Below are positions 8,276 through 17,519 of a DNA stretch of 64,000 bases, piece by piece. The first letter of the stretch is position 1. Each line of letters begins with the position of its first letter. Source of the DNA: Candidatus Hydrothermarchaeota archaeon (GTDB lineage: Archaea > CAYFZR01); the NCBI GenBank assembly GCA_046760505.1, contig JBHIEG010000001.1, positions 32,001 through 96,000 on the forward strand. Reading direction: 5' to 3'. The translations under genes and the position numbers were made by a program. The notes beneath the pieces were generated by a model. It made no database searches. It saw only the letters and a list, made by a program, of their open reading frames with translations, and was not told the origin of the DNA.

Positions 8276-9157
8276 TCATGTTCTGAAAGGTATCATGTCA
8301 AACCTAACCGGTATGCCTATTTTTTGCTCGATCAACCTGCCTTTGTGGTATATTTTTCCTCCCTTTCTTCTTTCAGTTACGGAAGTATATTCTCCATCTA
8401 AGTGGATTTCTCCTCCGATCATAAAAAGTCCAACGTGTTCTCCTGCCCTGCCCTTTATTCTGATTGAGCCTTTTGTCATCCAGTTCCCCACCATGTCTTG
8501 AGTATCTCCATGGATGATGATTTCCCCTCCAAGCATATTGTATCCAAGCATGTATCCTGTGTTTCCTTTTATCTCCATTTTACCGCCCCACATGTAGTGA
8601 CCTGCCTTATGACCTGCATCTCCATGAATTATTATCTCTCCCCCGTACATGTCTGATCCGGCTTTCTCTCCTGCATTTCCCTTAATCTCTATCCGTCCTG
8701 ACCTCATCATGTGCCCGAGACGATCTCCAACATTTCCTTCAATTATTATTCTTCCTCCTTGGAGAAATACGCCAACATAATCGAGGGGATCTCTTAGCTT
8801 CCTTAAATCAAGGCACATATCTTCTTCTCTCCTGACATTAATTAAGGCGGAGAGAAAAACCCCTGCTTTGGATTTAAAATCCTCTATATCTGTGTAAAGA
8901 TCTTGAAGTTTCCACAAGTCCTTGGAGAATTCCTCTACTGTCTTTATGCTATAATTTAAGTTTTTTAGGCTATTGTATGCGATTTTATAATCGTTCTGGA
9001 TGATTGTTGATTTCTTTTCCATGAAGGAACCAAATAACTCCCTAATGGTTTCCATTTCAAGAACTTTCTCGCTCTTCTCTACCTTACTTTCTTTCTTGAT
9101 TTCAACTTCGCTTGAGATTTCTGAATATGTCTTCCCGAATAATCTCTTCCTTAACAT
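8276..9157 (-). CDS. GXGXG-repeat beta-helix protein (FwdC/GltB domain 3-like repeats)
   Basis: About six 19-aa repeats of the form I.G.AG...G..M.GG.I after a helical N-terminal region. Confidence 0.8.
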   Translation of the reverse strand: MLRKRLFGKTYSEISSEVEIKKESKVEKSEKVLEMETIRELFGSFMEKKSTIIQNDYKIAYNSLKNLNYSIKTVEEFSKDLWKLQDLYTDIEDFKSKAGVFLSALINVRREEDMCLDLRKLRDPLDYVGVFLQGGRIIIEGNVGDRLGHMMRSGRIEIKGNAGEKAGSDMYGGEIIIHGDAGHKAGHYMWGGKMEIKGNTGYMLGYNMLGGEIIIHGDTQDMVGNWMTKGSIRIKGRAGEHVGLFMIGGEIHLDGEYTSVTERRKGGKIYHKGRLIEQKIGIPVRFDMIPFRT

Positions 9158-9158
9158 A

Positions 9159-10949
9159 CTAGAATTTCCTAATTCCTTGTTTTGTCAGGTCAATCATCAA
9201 CTTCAGTAGATCCTTCCTGTTTCTTACATGATTGACATCGAAACCTGCTTCTTTAAGATCATATCCAGTTTTACTTTCCGTTTCCACCTCTATAAATGAT
9301 AGATAGTTCTTTTTTGCAACATCGATGAATTCGCTTTTTATTTTCTGCCAGTTATGGATCTGTCCGTCTGAGAGCATGATGATAATATTCCCGCCTCCAC
9401 CAAGTTCGGTTTTAACGATATCAATATCGATAATGGTATTTCCAAACTGAGGAGTTAATGCTAGCTTTTTTATCTCAGATATCCTCGAATACGTTTTCCA
9501 CCCGGTTTTCAGTGTTTTATCTGAGAAGTTTATAAGGTTGTATCTCACGTAAGGGGCTATTCCATAAGACTGAATGTACTTAATTATTCCATAAAGACCC
9601 AGAAGCGCATGATGGTACTTGCTATCATCACCCCACTCAACGATACTTTCCCTCTTAAGGATAAGCTCTTGGTATTTGCTTTCATCTCCAACTTGAACTA
9701 TGCTTACGCCTTCAACATCCTCTTGCATGCTCCCAGATGTGTCTATTATGAAACAAAAGTCAGGCATCCTCCCAAAGCCAGACTTTGCAGGTATCGTTAG
9801 GGAATAATCAAATCTTGGAACCTGAAAGTTTATGGGTCTTTTTATCATTTGCCTGAACGGGCTATCTGGATCAGGTACAAGCCTTCTAAAAACAATCCTT
9901 TCTGGATCGTCTTTATCCTTTTCAAATTTCTTGAAGCAATACTTCATTACCGGATATCCAAATCCTTCCCCTGTTCCTTCTGCCTTTATGAATATTCTGG
10001 AGGAAAGAGCATCGTATAACAAGTCTAAAAACTCAAATTTATCCATGTGTTCCGGAATTTCTCTTACATCATCAGATGGTTTTTTTGATCTCATGTATAC
10101 CTTCAATACTAGATCCTTCTTTACCCTTGGAATATCCATCATCTTCTCGAAACTGCTCTCAGGACCCATCGTAATTTGTTCAAATTTTTCATCTATCAAA
10201 GTTGCCATGTGGTAGGCGAAGGTATAACTCTTGTATGGCCAGTCCTTCTTATAGGAAAGGGCGCGTGCATTATCCTCTATGCTTTCAGTAATTCCCAATT
10301 CTCTGGTAATTTTATCTATAACATCGTCTATTATTTTATCATTGGAGAAGAATTCTTTTAATAGAAGACGGTCCCGCTCCACACCCCAAGATCTAATATT
10401 TAACTTAACTAGAGCCTCAGAGAATGGATCAAAACCTTTGTTAATCAATGCCCTGTCGTAGTAGAATATAACCTGCCCAGCATATGGGGGATATAGAAGC
10501 TTCGCAAGTGTATTTGCCACGAGATCTTCAAAGGCACTTGCGATGTAACCCTGAGCCCCCTCCATTCCTCTCAGCTTAAGGGCCTTGGTAACCGATCCGA
10601 GGATATCACTGTGGTAGATTATGTCTGTTGGACAGCCATTTAATTTTCTTCCGTTGTATTCTAAGTTGTATTTCCAATGAAAGCTCTCGTGTATTAGTAG
10701 ATCTCGGGATACGATAAAGAATATGTCACCGGGATCTAGTCCCTGAGTTAAGAGATATTCTTTTACTGCGGGGTTAATCCTCCACTCTGGATTTATATCT
10801 ATTTTGATGTTCCATCTATAGTCGATGTCTGAATTTATGTTTCCCCTTTCTGTGTTGAGGTAATTTACTCTTACTCCGCCACCTATCATTCCCAATTCTT
10901 TATTCTTAAAGTCCCTCAATCTTTGTATTAGATCCATTTGTCTCTCCAT
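9159..10949 (-). CDS. vWA-domain protein with N-terminal zincin-like (HExxH) domain
   Basis: LLIHESFH plus downstream FEDLVAN; MIDAS motif IIDTSGSM, GNT, MLSDGQ. Confidence 0.8.
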   Translation of the reverse strand: MERQMDLIQRLRDFKNKELGMIGGGVRVNYLNTERGNINSDIDYRWNIKIDINPEWRINPAVKEYLLTQGLDPGDIFFIVSRDLLIHESFHWKYNLEYNGRKLNGCPTDIIYHSDILGSVTKALKLRGMEGAQGYIASAFEDLVANTLAKLLYPPYAGQVIFYYDRALINKGFDPFSEALVKLNIRSWGVERDRLLLKEFFSNDKIIDDVIDKITRELGITESIEDNARALSYKKDWPYKSYTFAYHMATLIDEKFEQITMGPESSFEKMMDIPRVKKDLVLKVYMRSKKPSDDVREIPEHMDKFEFLDLLYDALSSRIFIKAEGTGEGFGYPVMKYCFKKFEKDKDDPERIVFRRLVPDPDSPFRQMIKRPINFQVPRFDYSLTIPAKSGFGRMPDFCFIIDTSGSMQEDVEGVSIVQVGDESKYQELILKRESIVEWGDDSKYHHALLGLYGIIKYIQSYGIAPYVRYNLINFSDKTLKTGWKTYSRISEIKKLALTPQFGNTIIDIDIVKTELGGGGNIIIMLSDGQIHNWQKIKSEFIDVAKKNYLSFIEVETESKTGYDLKEAGFDVNHVRNRKDLLKLMIDLTKQGIRKF

Positions 10950-12274
10950 TACTCAACAAATACTTTCAGTATGGGATATCTTTTGACGAGTGTTTTATAC
11001 TCTTCCTCTGATTTCTTGCTGAGATCTCCTTGTTCTTGAGCAATATTGTTTATTTCTCGAAAGATCTCTCCGCAAAATTCCCATTCATGATTAAGTTTAT
11101 CCAGGGTGCTCGTACCTAACTTTCCCTTAACAGAGTCTAAAAAAGCCTCTTCTATCAGTTCTCTTTTTTCATCAAAGCCTTCTTGGAATCTTCTAGTAAG
11201 GTCTAATATGGCTAAACTCGGGTTGGAGCAGTACTCCCTCCTGACCCAGTAATCGTCTATTATATTCGAGTACGGTGCCATTATTTTGAATGCCTCAAAT
11301 ACATCTCTATAAGAGACGATCTCGTCTGTATTGCCCTTTGCTCCTGCAACAACTTTTATTCCGCAAACGAATTTCTTCAGTGCTTTTTCTCCTCTTACAG
11401 ATAGTGGTCTAATGTAGCCGCAGCCATCCCCCAGCCTTGAGCAGCCCTCGCATATCTCAGGGATTGCATTTGGTATCATCCTTTTGCTCTTAGTGCCATA
11501 TGATTTTTCAGGAAGGCAATAATCCAGACCATCTCTGAGAAAACTTAAGGCTAAATAAGCAGAGATGTCCATTTCAACATTGTTTAGAAGATTTTTTACA
11601 TATATGATGTCCTCAATATGGTCTTCTCTTTTGGAATCCAATATTATTGGATCTGTATCCGAGAGAATTATCTCTAAATTGTCCTTTGTATCAGGGGGAT
11701 GGTTATCCATATCTAGCACGATATGAAATCTGTCTGTCAGACCCGGATCGACATCAAAAGTTCCGTAGTACCTTCCATCTCCTATGTTGGCAGAGGCTAT
11801 CACAACATGATAACCCTTGTATCCCAGAGGGATCCTAGTACCCTTTCCGGTCTCTATGTAGCCATCAAACATGTTGAAAAACTGGTTCTGCGTAATGCTT
11901 GGAGCCCTATTGATTTCATCTATCAAAACTAAAGGGATCTTGATCGCTGGGGTCAACTCTTTTTCAAGCTTATCGATGTTGAATTTTTCATAGATTTCCT
12001 TCGGATCAGAGTCTGGCCTTGCTCTTAGATATACTGAATTTCCTCCGAACCAATTGTTGGCAACATCATTCATTAATTGGGTCTTTCCCTCTCCTCGCTC
12101 GCTGCAGAGTAAGAGATTTAGCCTGCTTATCATGGCTGCTTTCACTATGTCTTCGATTATTAGAGGAAAACCGTCTATTTCCGCTACTGTATTATTGTTT
12201 CTGTAGACTTGAAGTCTTGGGAGCCTCTTCACTCTTTCGACCATATCCCAATAAACATTATTCTCCATTTCCAC
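10949..12274 (-). CDS. MoxR-like AAA+ ATPase
   Basis: Walker A SERGEGKT, Walker B LIDEINRA, QNQFF, sensor-1 IASAN, Arg finger LTDRF, PLSVRG (sensor 2). Stop overlaps the next start (TAATG). Confidence 0.85.
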   Translation of the reverse strand: MEMENNVYWDMVERVKRLPRLQVYRNNNTVAEIDGFPLIIEDIVKAAMISRLNLLLCSERGEGKTQLMNDVANNWFGGNSVYLRARPDSDPKEIYEKFNIDKLEKELTPAIKIPLVLIDEINRAPSITQNQFFNMFDGYIETGKGTRIPLGYKGYHVVIASANIGDGRYYGTFDVDPGLTDRFHIVLDMDNHPPDTKDNLEIILSDTDPIILDSKREDHIEDIIYVKNLLNNVEMDISAYLALSFLRDGLDYCLPEKSYGTKSKRMIPNAIPEICEGCSRLGDGCGYIRPLSVRGEKALKKFVCGIKVVAGAKGNTDEIVSYRDVFEAFKIMAPYSNIIDDYWVRREYCSNPSLAILDLTRRFQEGFDEKRELIEEAFLDSVKGKLGTSTLDKLNHEWEFCGEIFREINNIAQEQGDLSKKSEEEYKTLVKRYPILKVFVE

Positions 12275-12431
12275 ACCAGTTACATGGTATTAATATTATT
12301 TAACCCAATGATTTAAAAAAGCTGACGGATCTTATTCAACACCTACATTAATTGAGTGATCAATTTTTTAATTAAGAAATGTGGAGAAAATCACCCCAAG
12401 ATTTTTTTACCATTAATATCGAAATAGAGCC

Positions 12432-12590
12432 ATGACGTACTGGATCTGTATTGAATGCAGACACACATACAAGGCTGAGACTCGAGTGGAAAAGTGTCCT
12501 GAATGCGGTGCATCAAAGGATATGCAGGGAAAACTACCTGAAACAACGCTGTTCGAGATGATAGCAGAATGGAAAATGGATGAACATTAA
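12432..12590 (+). CDS. Small rubredoxin-like/zinc-ribbon protein (52 aa)
   Basis: Below ORF-track cutoff. Manual translation MTYWICIECRHTYKAETRVEKCPECGASKDMQGKLPETTLFEMIAEWKMDEH has two CxxC. Confidence 0.7.
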   Translation: MTYWICIECRHTYKAETRVEKCPECGASKDMQGKLPETTLFEMIAEWKMDEH

Positions 12591-12640
12591 AAAAATATTG
12601 AAAATAACAATGCTCACTTTTATTAAGGACTCACAGGTTA

Positions 12641-12907
12641 TTATGCTTGGGGTTCTTCCTCGCAGTTCGGGCAATAGTAGGCTGGAACTCTGTATCCCGG
12701 TCTAACTGGATGCGGCAGGCTTTTTTCCACGATTTCTGCACCGCATTCAGGACACTTATACTTGGCTTCGCCAGATTCTTTTATGTAACATGACATGCCC
12801 TTTCTCAGATACATTTTTCCGCATTTTTTACATTTTGCTTCGTATAGATCTGAAATAATAGTCTCCCACCATAACCTTTCCTCACAACAAGTAGTTGGTG
12901 CTTCCAT
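12641..12907 (-). CDS. Small double zinc-ribbon protein
   Basis: CC, CKKC, CPEC, CPNC; AGGAGG upstream. Confidence 0.7.
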   Translation of the reverse strand: MEAPTTCCEERLWWETIISDLYEAKCKKCGKMYLRKGMSCYIKESGEAKYKCPECGAEIVEKSLPHPVRPGYRVPAYYCPNCEEEPQA

Positions 12908-12986
12908 AATATTCCTCCTGTTTTCCTGACAATTTGGAATCTTATACTACTATAAAAGTTTTTTTAGACATCGATTTCGGATGAGG

Positions 12987-14726
12987 CTAGATGCCGTTCA
13001 TGAGACCGAGAGACTGATGATATAAATCCTCGAGGGATTTATTGTAGCCGAAAGGATCTGATTTGGTTACCTTGAATCTCTCAGGATTCAAATATTCCTC
13101 AAAAGTTTCTTTTAAGACCATTAATCGCTTATTCCTTTCTTCTAAATTGCTTAAATTCATTATTGCTTCAACTTCCCTCCCTATCCAGTGCCAAGCCTTG
13201 ATTTTAAATAGTTCAAAACTTAACATTGCGGTATCAGATGGATTTTCGCATAGAAAGCGATATCTCGCCTCTAAATCTACCATTATCTCTAGAGATTTTG
13301 TTATTAAATCTGTTAAAGTTCTTCTATCCAGAAATCGTGGTTCGTAGCTCAGCCATAGGTTCCAAGATGGCATCATCATACCGTTGTAGTAATCTTCGAA
13401 ATTCTTGAAAATCAATCTGTAACCATATTTTTCTGGAAAATCAAAGGCCAGAGATCCTGGATCTAAAAGAAGCATGAAACCAAACTCAGGTTTGACGATG
13501 GATGCCTTCTCGCCATTTTTAATGTATCCCTCAAGGTTTAATGAGTAGAGCCTTTCCCATAGGTTCCATGTTTCCCTTATCGTGTGGATTGTTTCTTCGC
13601 CTAGACTCAGCATGAAAAAGACTCCAATGTCTAAACTGTATTTCTGGCAAAGTTTAGCTGTTTTAATGAGATCGTCCGTAGAGTAATTCCTTCCGTGAGC
13701 TCTGCGAACGCTTTCGGAGCCGGATTCTGGTGAGATTGTAAGAGCTATGGGAACGCCGATCTTTGCTATGGCCTTCAAATACTCTTCATTTGCCGGAACG
13801 AAAAGCTCCATATCCAAGCCATTTACATCGACCTTTTCTTTGCTGAGAAGTGAAAAAAGATTTTCCCAGTACTTTCTACCCCCTATACGAGGGTCCTGAA
13901 ATAGAGAAACTTGATCTATGCCTTGTTCCCTTAGCCTATTTATGTCTTCTATGATTTTTTGGGGACTTCTCAGTGCAGGTGCATCCCTGTTAAACATTTT
14001 CCGGTAAGCATAAGAGGAGGCTCCACAGCATACACAATCGTATATGCAGCCCCTCGCAATAGGTATACACCACCACCTAAGAACTGATCCATCTGTAATC
14101 CTTTCTAGAAGTAGCTTTTTTGGCTCTACCAAGTCCAATCTTGTAAAGTCATAGTTGTCTAGAGTATCAACAGGCTTCATGGTAGGATTTATACTGATTC
14201 TACCGTTTTTGTTGATGTATGTAAGGTTTGGAACATTTTCTACATTTTTTTGTCTTTCAAGCCTTTCGGTTAGCATCAAAAAAGGTATTTCCGCTTCTCC
14301 CCTCACGATAAAATCTATAAATTTGAATTTCTGAACTATTTCTCTGTGAAAGCACGTTGCAGTAAGTCCACCAAGAACTAGGGAAGAAGATGGTCTTATT
14401 TTTTTGCATATTCTTGCAATCTCTATGGCGCCATGAGAATGGACGCACCAGTGTAAATCTATCGCGTAGATATTTGCCTTGGTTCTTTTGATGAATTCAT
14501 CCACTTCAAAGTTTCTATCTGCTATCATAAACTCTCCTAAGTTGAATATCTTAGCCGAATATCCATTTCTCTCAAGATATTCAGCCATGCTTAAAAGACC
14601 CACAGGTATCGTTATAAACTGTGAGGAACTGAAGGGTACGGTTCTCGCAATTGCGCCCGGAAAAAATACCCTTTTTCTGAAGTCATGAATAGCTGGAGGG
14701 TGCAAAAAAACGACATCATACTTCAT
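12987..14726 (-). CDS. B12-binding radical SAM protein (TIGR04190-like)
   Basis: LHPP, IDLHW..HSHGA, LGGLTA, RGEAE (B12 domain); ARGCIYDCVCC; ISPESG; LLDPGS. Confidence 0.88.
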   Translation of the reverse strand: MKYDVVFLHPPAIHDFRKRVFFPGAIARTVPFSSSQFITIPVGLLSMAEYLERNGYSAKIFNLGEFMIADRNFEVDEFIKRTKANIYAIDLHWCVHSHGAIEIARICKKIRPSSSLVLGGLTATCFHREIVQKFKFIDFIVRGEAEIPFLMLTERLERQKNVENVPNLTYINKNGRISINPTMKPVDTLDNYDFTRLDLVEPKKLLLERITDGSVLRWWCIPIARGCIYDCVCCGASSYAYRKMFNRDAPALRSPQKIIEDINRLREQGIDQVSLFQDPRIGGRKYWENLFSLLSKEKVDVNGLDMELFVPANEEYLKAIAKIGVPIALTISPESGSESVRRAHGRNYSTDDLIKTAKLCQKYSLDIGVFFMLSLGEETIHTIRETWNLWERLYSLNLEGYIKNGEKASIVKPEFGFMLLLDPGSLAFDFPEKYGYRLIFKNFEDYYNGMMMPSWNLWLSYEPRFLDRRTLTDLITKSLEIMVDLEARYRFLCENPSDTAMLSFELFKIKAWHWIGREVEAIMNLSNLEERNKRLMVLKETFEEYLNPERFKVTKSDPFGYNKSLEDLYHQSLGLMNGI

Positions 14727-14776
14727 GAGAAAAGATATTTAATGCTGATTATTTAAGTTTGGTGCAAGGTTTAGAA

Positions 14777-15376
14777 ATGAGTGAAAAAATCCAAAATTTC
14801 ATTAAAAACGAAAAAGGAAATCTTTTGGTAAACTTAGCAAAAGAAGCATTCATATACTACCTAAAAGAGCAAAAAAGAATTGATAAAATATACATTTATG
14901 ATGAATTGAAGGAGAAAAGAGGTGTTTTTATTACTCTAAAGAAAATTGAAAGAGATAGAGAAAAGAGTATCGTTTCAATGGGTTATCCATTGCCTGAAAA
15001 GCCTCTTTTTCATTCAGTCATCGACTCGGCTATTGCTTGTGCAAATAAAGCAAGAATTTTAAATCTTTTGGGCGAAATTGAAAGTATAATTCTAGAGGTT
15101 AGCGTTTTGGGCAATATAGAAGAAATTCAAACAGAAAGGCGTGTTGATTATCCCAAGCAAATTAAACTTGGGCAGGATGGAATTATGATAGAAAGAGGTT
15201 TTCAAAGAGCGCTTATTCTTCCACAAGTGCCGCTGGAAAATGAATGGAATGAGATAGATCTTCTCAGCGAATGCTGTCTGAAAGCAGGACTTTCCCCTGA
15301 CGCTTGGCTTGATGAAGATACGAGAATATATAAGTTTAAAACCAGAGTCTTCAGATGTATCTTCAGATGTAAATAG
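14777..15376 (+). CDS. AMMECR1-domain protein (AmrA-like), degenerate
   Basis: EKRGVFITL, GYPLP, LEVSVL, GQDGIMI, LILPQVPLENEW, CLKAGLSPDAW; lacks LRGCIG and DPRF. Confidence 0.82.
   Translation: MSEKIQNFIKNEKGNLLVNLAKEAFIYYLKEQKRIDKIYIYDELKEKRGVFITLKKIERDREKSIVSMGYPLPEKPLFHSVIDSAIACANKARILNLLGEIESIILEVSVLGNIEEIQTERRVDYPKQIKLGQDGIMIERGFQRALILPQVPLENEWNEIDLLSECCLKAGLSPDAWLDEDTRIYKFKTRVFRCIFRCK
15348..15371. repeat. Perfect 12-bp tandem duplication (TCTTCAGATGTA x2)
   Basis: Read directly at 15348-15359 and 15360-15371; encodes FRC-I-FRC at the AMMECR1 C-terminus. Confidence 0.9.
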
Positions 15377-15398
15377 GATTTTAGGCTGATAAATTGAA

Positions 15399-15722
15399 TT
15401 AAGGTCTGGATTTTTTACCCTCAAAAACTATTTCTCCAAACTTTAAACCGATTATATATCCGATTACTAGAACTAATAGCAAGATAATCGTAAGTATGAT
15501 CAAAAAACCGGTAATTCGTGTCGATAAATCTATCGATGAAGCATTAACAAAAAAGAAAAGGATGAGAAGCCAAAATAGGTAAAGCGGACTCATAGCCATA
15601 ATTGCCCCGATTATATCATTTTTCATGATTTTATCTTTTATCACTCTTGTAATCGAGAATATTATCAAAAATGAGATGGCAAAAAACATAAAGAGTAGAA
15701 ATAATTTTGGATTTTCCAACAT
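15399..15722 (-). CDS. Small membrane protein (about 3 TM)
   Basis: Three hydrophobic stretches; same strand as the upstream radical SAM gene. Confidence 0.55.
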   Translation of the reverse strand: MLENPKLFLLFMFFAISFLIIFSITRVIKDKIMKNDIIGAIMAMSPLYLFWLLILFFFVNASSIDLSTRITGFLIILTIILLLVLVIGYIIGLKFGEIVFEGKKSRP

Positions 15723-15809
15723 AAAGGATATTTACCTTTATTTCTATATATCCTCTTCTTCTTAAGCTACCTATGGAGAAATACATTTGGAAAATGATTT
15801 TAAGGGAAA

Positions 15810-16757
15810 CTAATTTAGATTTAACTCGCGTATTATGCAAATATCATGGGCCAGACAACCGCATTTACAGATATTTATGTGTTTACAGCCATAACACTTC
15901 TTTATTTTTATTTTTCTGATTTTCTCTGATATTTCCATTGTTCTGGTTATAATGGTGTCTATGTCGTCTTTGGTTATGTTCCCTGCCTTTATTGGGATGT
16001 AAGGACATGGGTTGACATTGCCTAATGGATCTATAGACAATCTAAATCTTCCAGCAGGACAGTATCCGAATTTTTTGAATCTTTTTTTTCTTTTTTCAAA
16101 TCTTTCCTTATTTTTGAGGAAGAAATAGAAATCTCTCACAACAATTTTTGAGTAAAAATTGCTCTTTTCCAGTGCGTATTCGTAGACTTCCTTTAGCATT
16201 TTTGCATCCGGTACCCTATCAGATATAGAGGCACCGTGTCCTAGGGGTACAAATATAAATCCAGCAAACCCCCATTCATTTTCGCAGACCATATCAATAA
16301 TTCTCTTCAAATCTTCTACATTGTCGTTGAATACCGTGGATCTTACCCAAGGATTCTTGAGATAATTCAAAGCCTGTATAGCCTTTTCAAATGTTTTTTC
16401 TTTGCCTCTAAGGTTATCGTGTTTTTTACCGAGATAATCTAAACTGACAAAAACTAAAGCCTCTTCTAAGTTATTCGCTACTTCTCTTGTGATGGTTGTG
16501 CCGTTTGTCTGTAAATATATTCGGAAATCTTTTTTTATCGCATAGTCAAAGATCTTGGGCCAATCATTTCTCAGTAAAAATTCTCCTCCTGAGAAATTTA
16601 GTTTTTCTATCCCATTATCCCAGAGAACATCAATCAACTCAATGGCTTTATCGGTTTTGAGTTCATCCCCTTTGGCGTTTGAGAAACAGTGTTTGCATTT
16701 AAGATTGCATCTCCACGTTAAATGGAGTATAGCGAGTTTTATCATCGCTCTCTCCAA
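15810..16757 (-). CDS. Radical SAM/SPASM-domain protein
   Basis: CNLKCKHC, SGGEFLLR, QTNGT, CPAG...IDPLGNVNPCP, CYGC....CKCGC. Confidence 0.9.
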   Translation of the reverse strand: MERAMIKLAILHLTWRCNLKCKHCFSNAKGDELKTDKAIELIDVLWDNGIEKLNFSGGEFLLRNDWPKIFDYAIKKDFRIYLQTNGTTITREVANNLEEALVFVSLDYLGKKHDNLRGKEKTFEKAIQALNYLKNPWVRSTVFNDNVEDLKRIIDMVCENEWGFAGFIFVPLGHGASISDRVPDAKMLKEVYEYALEKSNFYSKIVVRDFYFFLKNKERFEKRKKRFKKFGYCPAGRFRLSIDPLGNVNPCPYIPIKAGNITKDDIDTIITRTMEISEKIRKIKIKKCYGCKHINICKCGCLAHDICIIRELNLN

Positions 16758-16761
16758 GATC

Positions 16762-17370
16762 TCATAATTTACTTCTCTCTATCTTTTCTGCAAGATCGAC
16801 GCAGAAGTTGAGGGTATCTGTTATCCATCCCTGATCAAAATTCCATGCCTTTGTTTCAAGACTTATTTCCGAGGACGATACTTCTAACTTTACCAAATCT
16901 AATTCCAAGAGTTTTTGAATAGTTGATGAATCTAAGATTCTCTTTATTTCTTCCTTTAAGAAGGACTCCCTATCTAAGGAAATAAATCGAACAGTAAAGT
17001 TTTCATCGAAATATGGGTCTCCGATCTCGAATGAGCCCTTCAATCTCAAAAAATATCTTTTTTTGTTTATGGTGAATCCATTTGATATATTCCTGCTTAA
17101 CTTTACTGTGAAATTATTGTATTGCTCTACTATTCCTCTAAAACTGTACTGCGCATAACTTAATCTTACATCATGGTTCCTGTAATTTCCCCAAAGCCTT
17201 GGTTTTCCTCTAAGGATGCCGCTCTTGTAATTTAAATTCAATTTTGATGCTAAATCCATCAATATTTTTTCATATTTTTCTCCGAACTTATATACTGCGA
17301 GAAAAATCAACGAGAGAGTTATTCCACTTACTAAAATTATCTCCTTTGCTGTAGGTGCTCCTAACATCAA
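16762..17370 (-). CDS. Membrane-anchored hypothetical protein
   Basis: N-terminal TM; LASKLNL, GNYRNHDV, IGDPYFDENFTV resemble DUF3137-like proteins. Confidence 0.55.
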   Translation of the reverse strand: MMLGAPTAKEIILVSGITLSLIFLAVYKFGEKYEKILMDLASKLNLNYKSGILRGKPRLWGNYRNHDVRLSYAQYSFRGIVEQYNNFTVKLSRNISNGFTINKKRYFLRLKGSFEIGDPYFDENFTVRFISLDRESFLKEEIKRILDSSTIQKLLELDLVKLEVSSSEISLETKAWNFDQGWITDTLNFCVDLAEKIERSKL

Positions 17371-17519
17371 ACATCCCTACTCATATTATTTACTCATGTT
17401 ATATTACTCTGTAAACCATAACTCTCCTGAAGATATTATATCATTCTGTGAATATTGTATCATTTCATAGAGATTGGAAAATTAGAAAGAAATGGTTATC
17501 CCTATGATCTGCGAAAAAT

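Noticed and set aside
8276-9157. Calling the GXGXG protein fwdC/fmdC
   Set aside because: No fwdA/B/D nearby, unrelated N-terminal domain, and it is coupled to MoxR-vWA.
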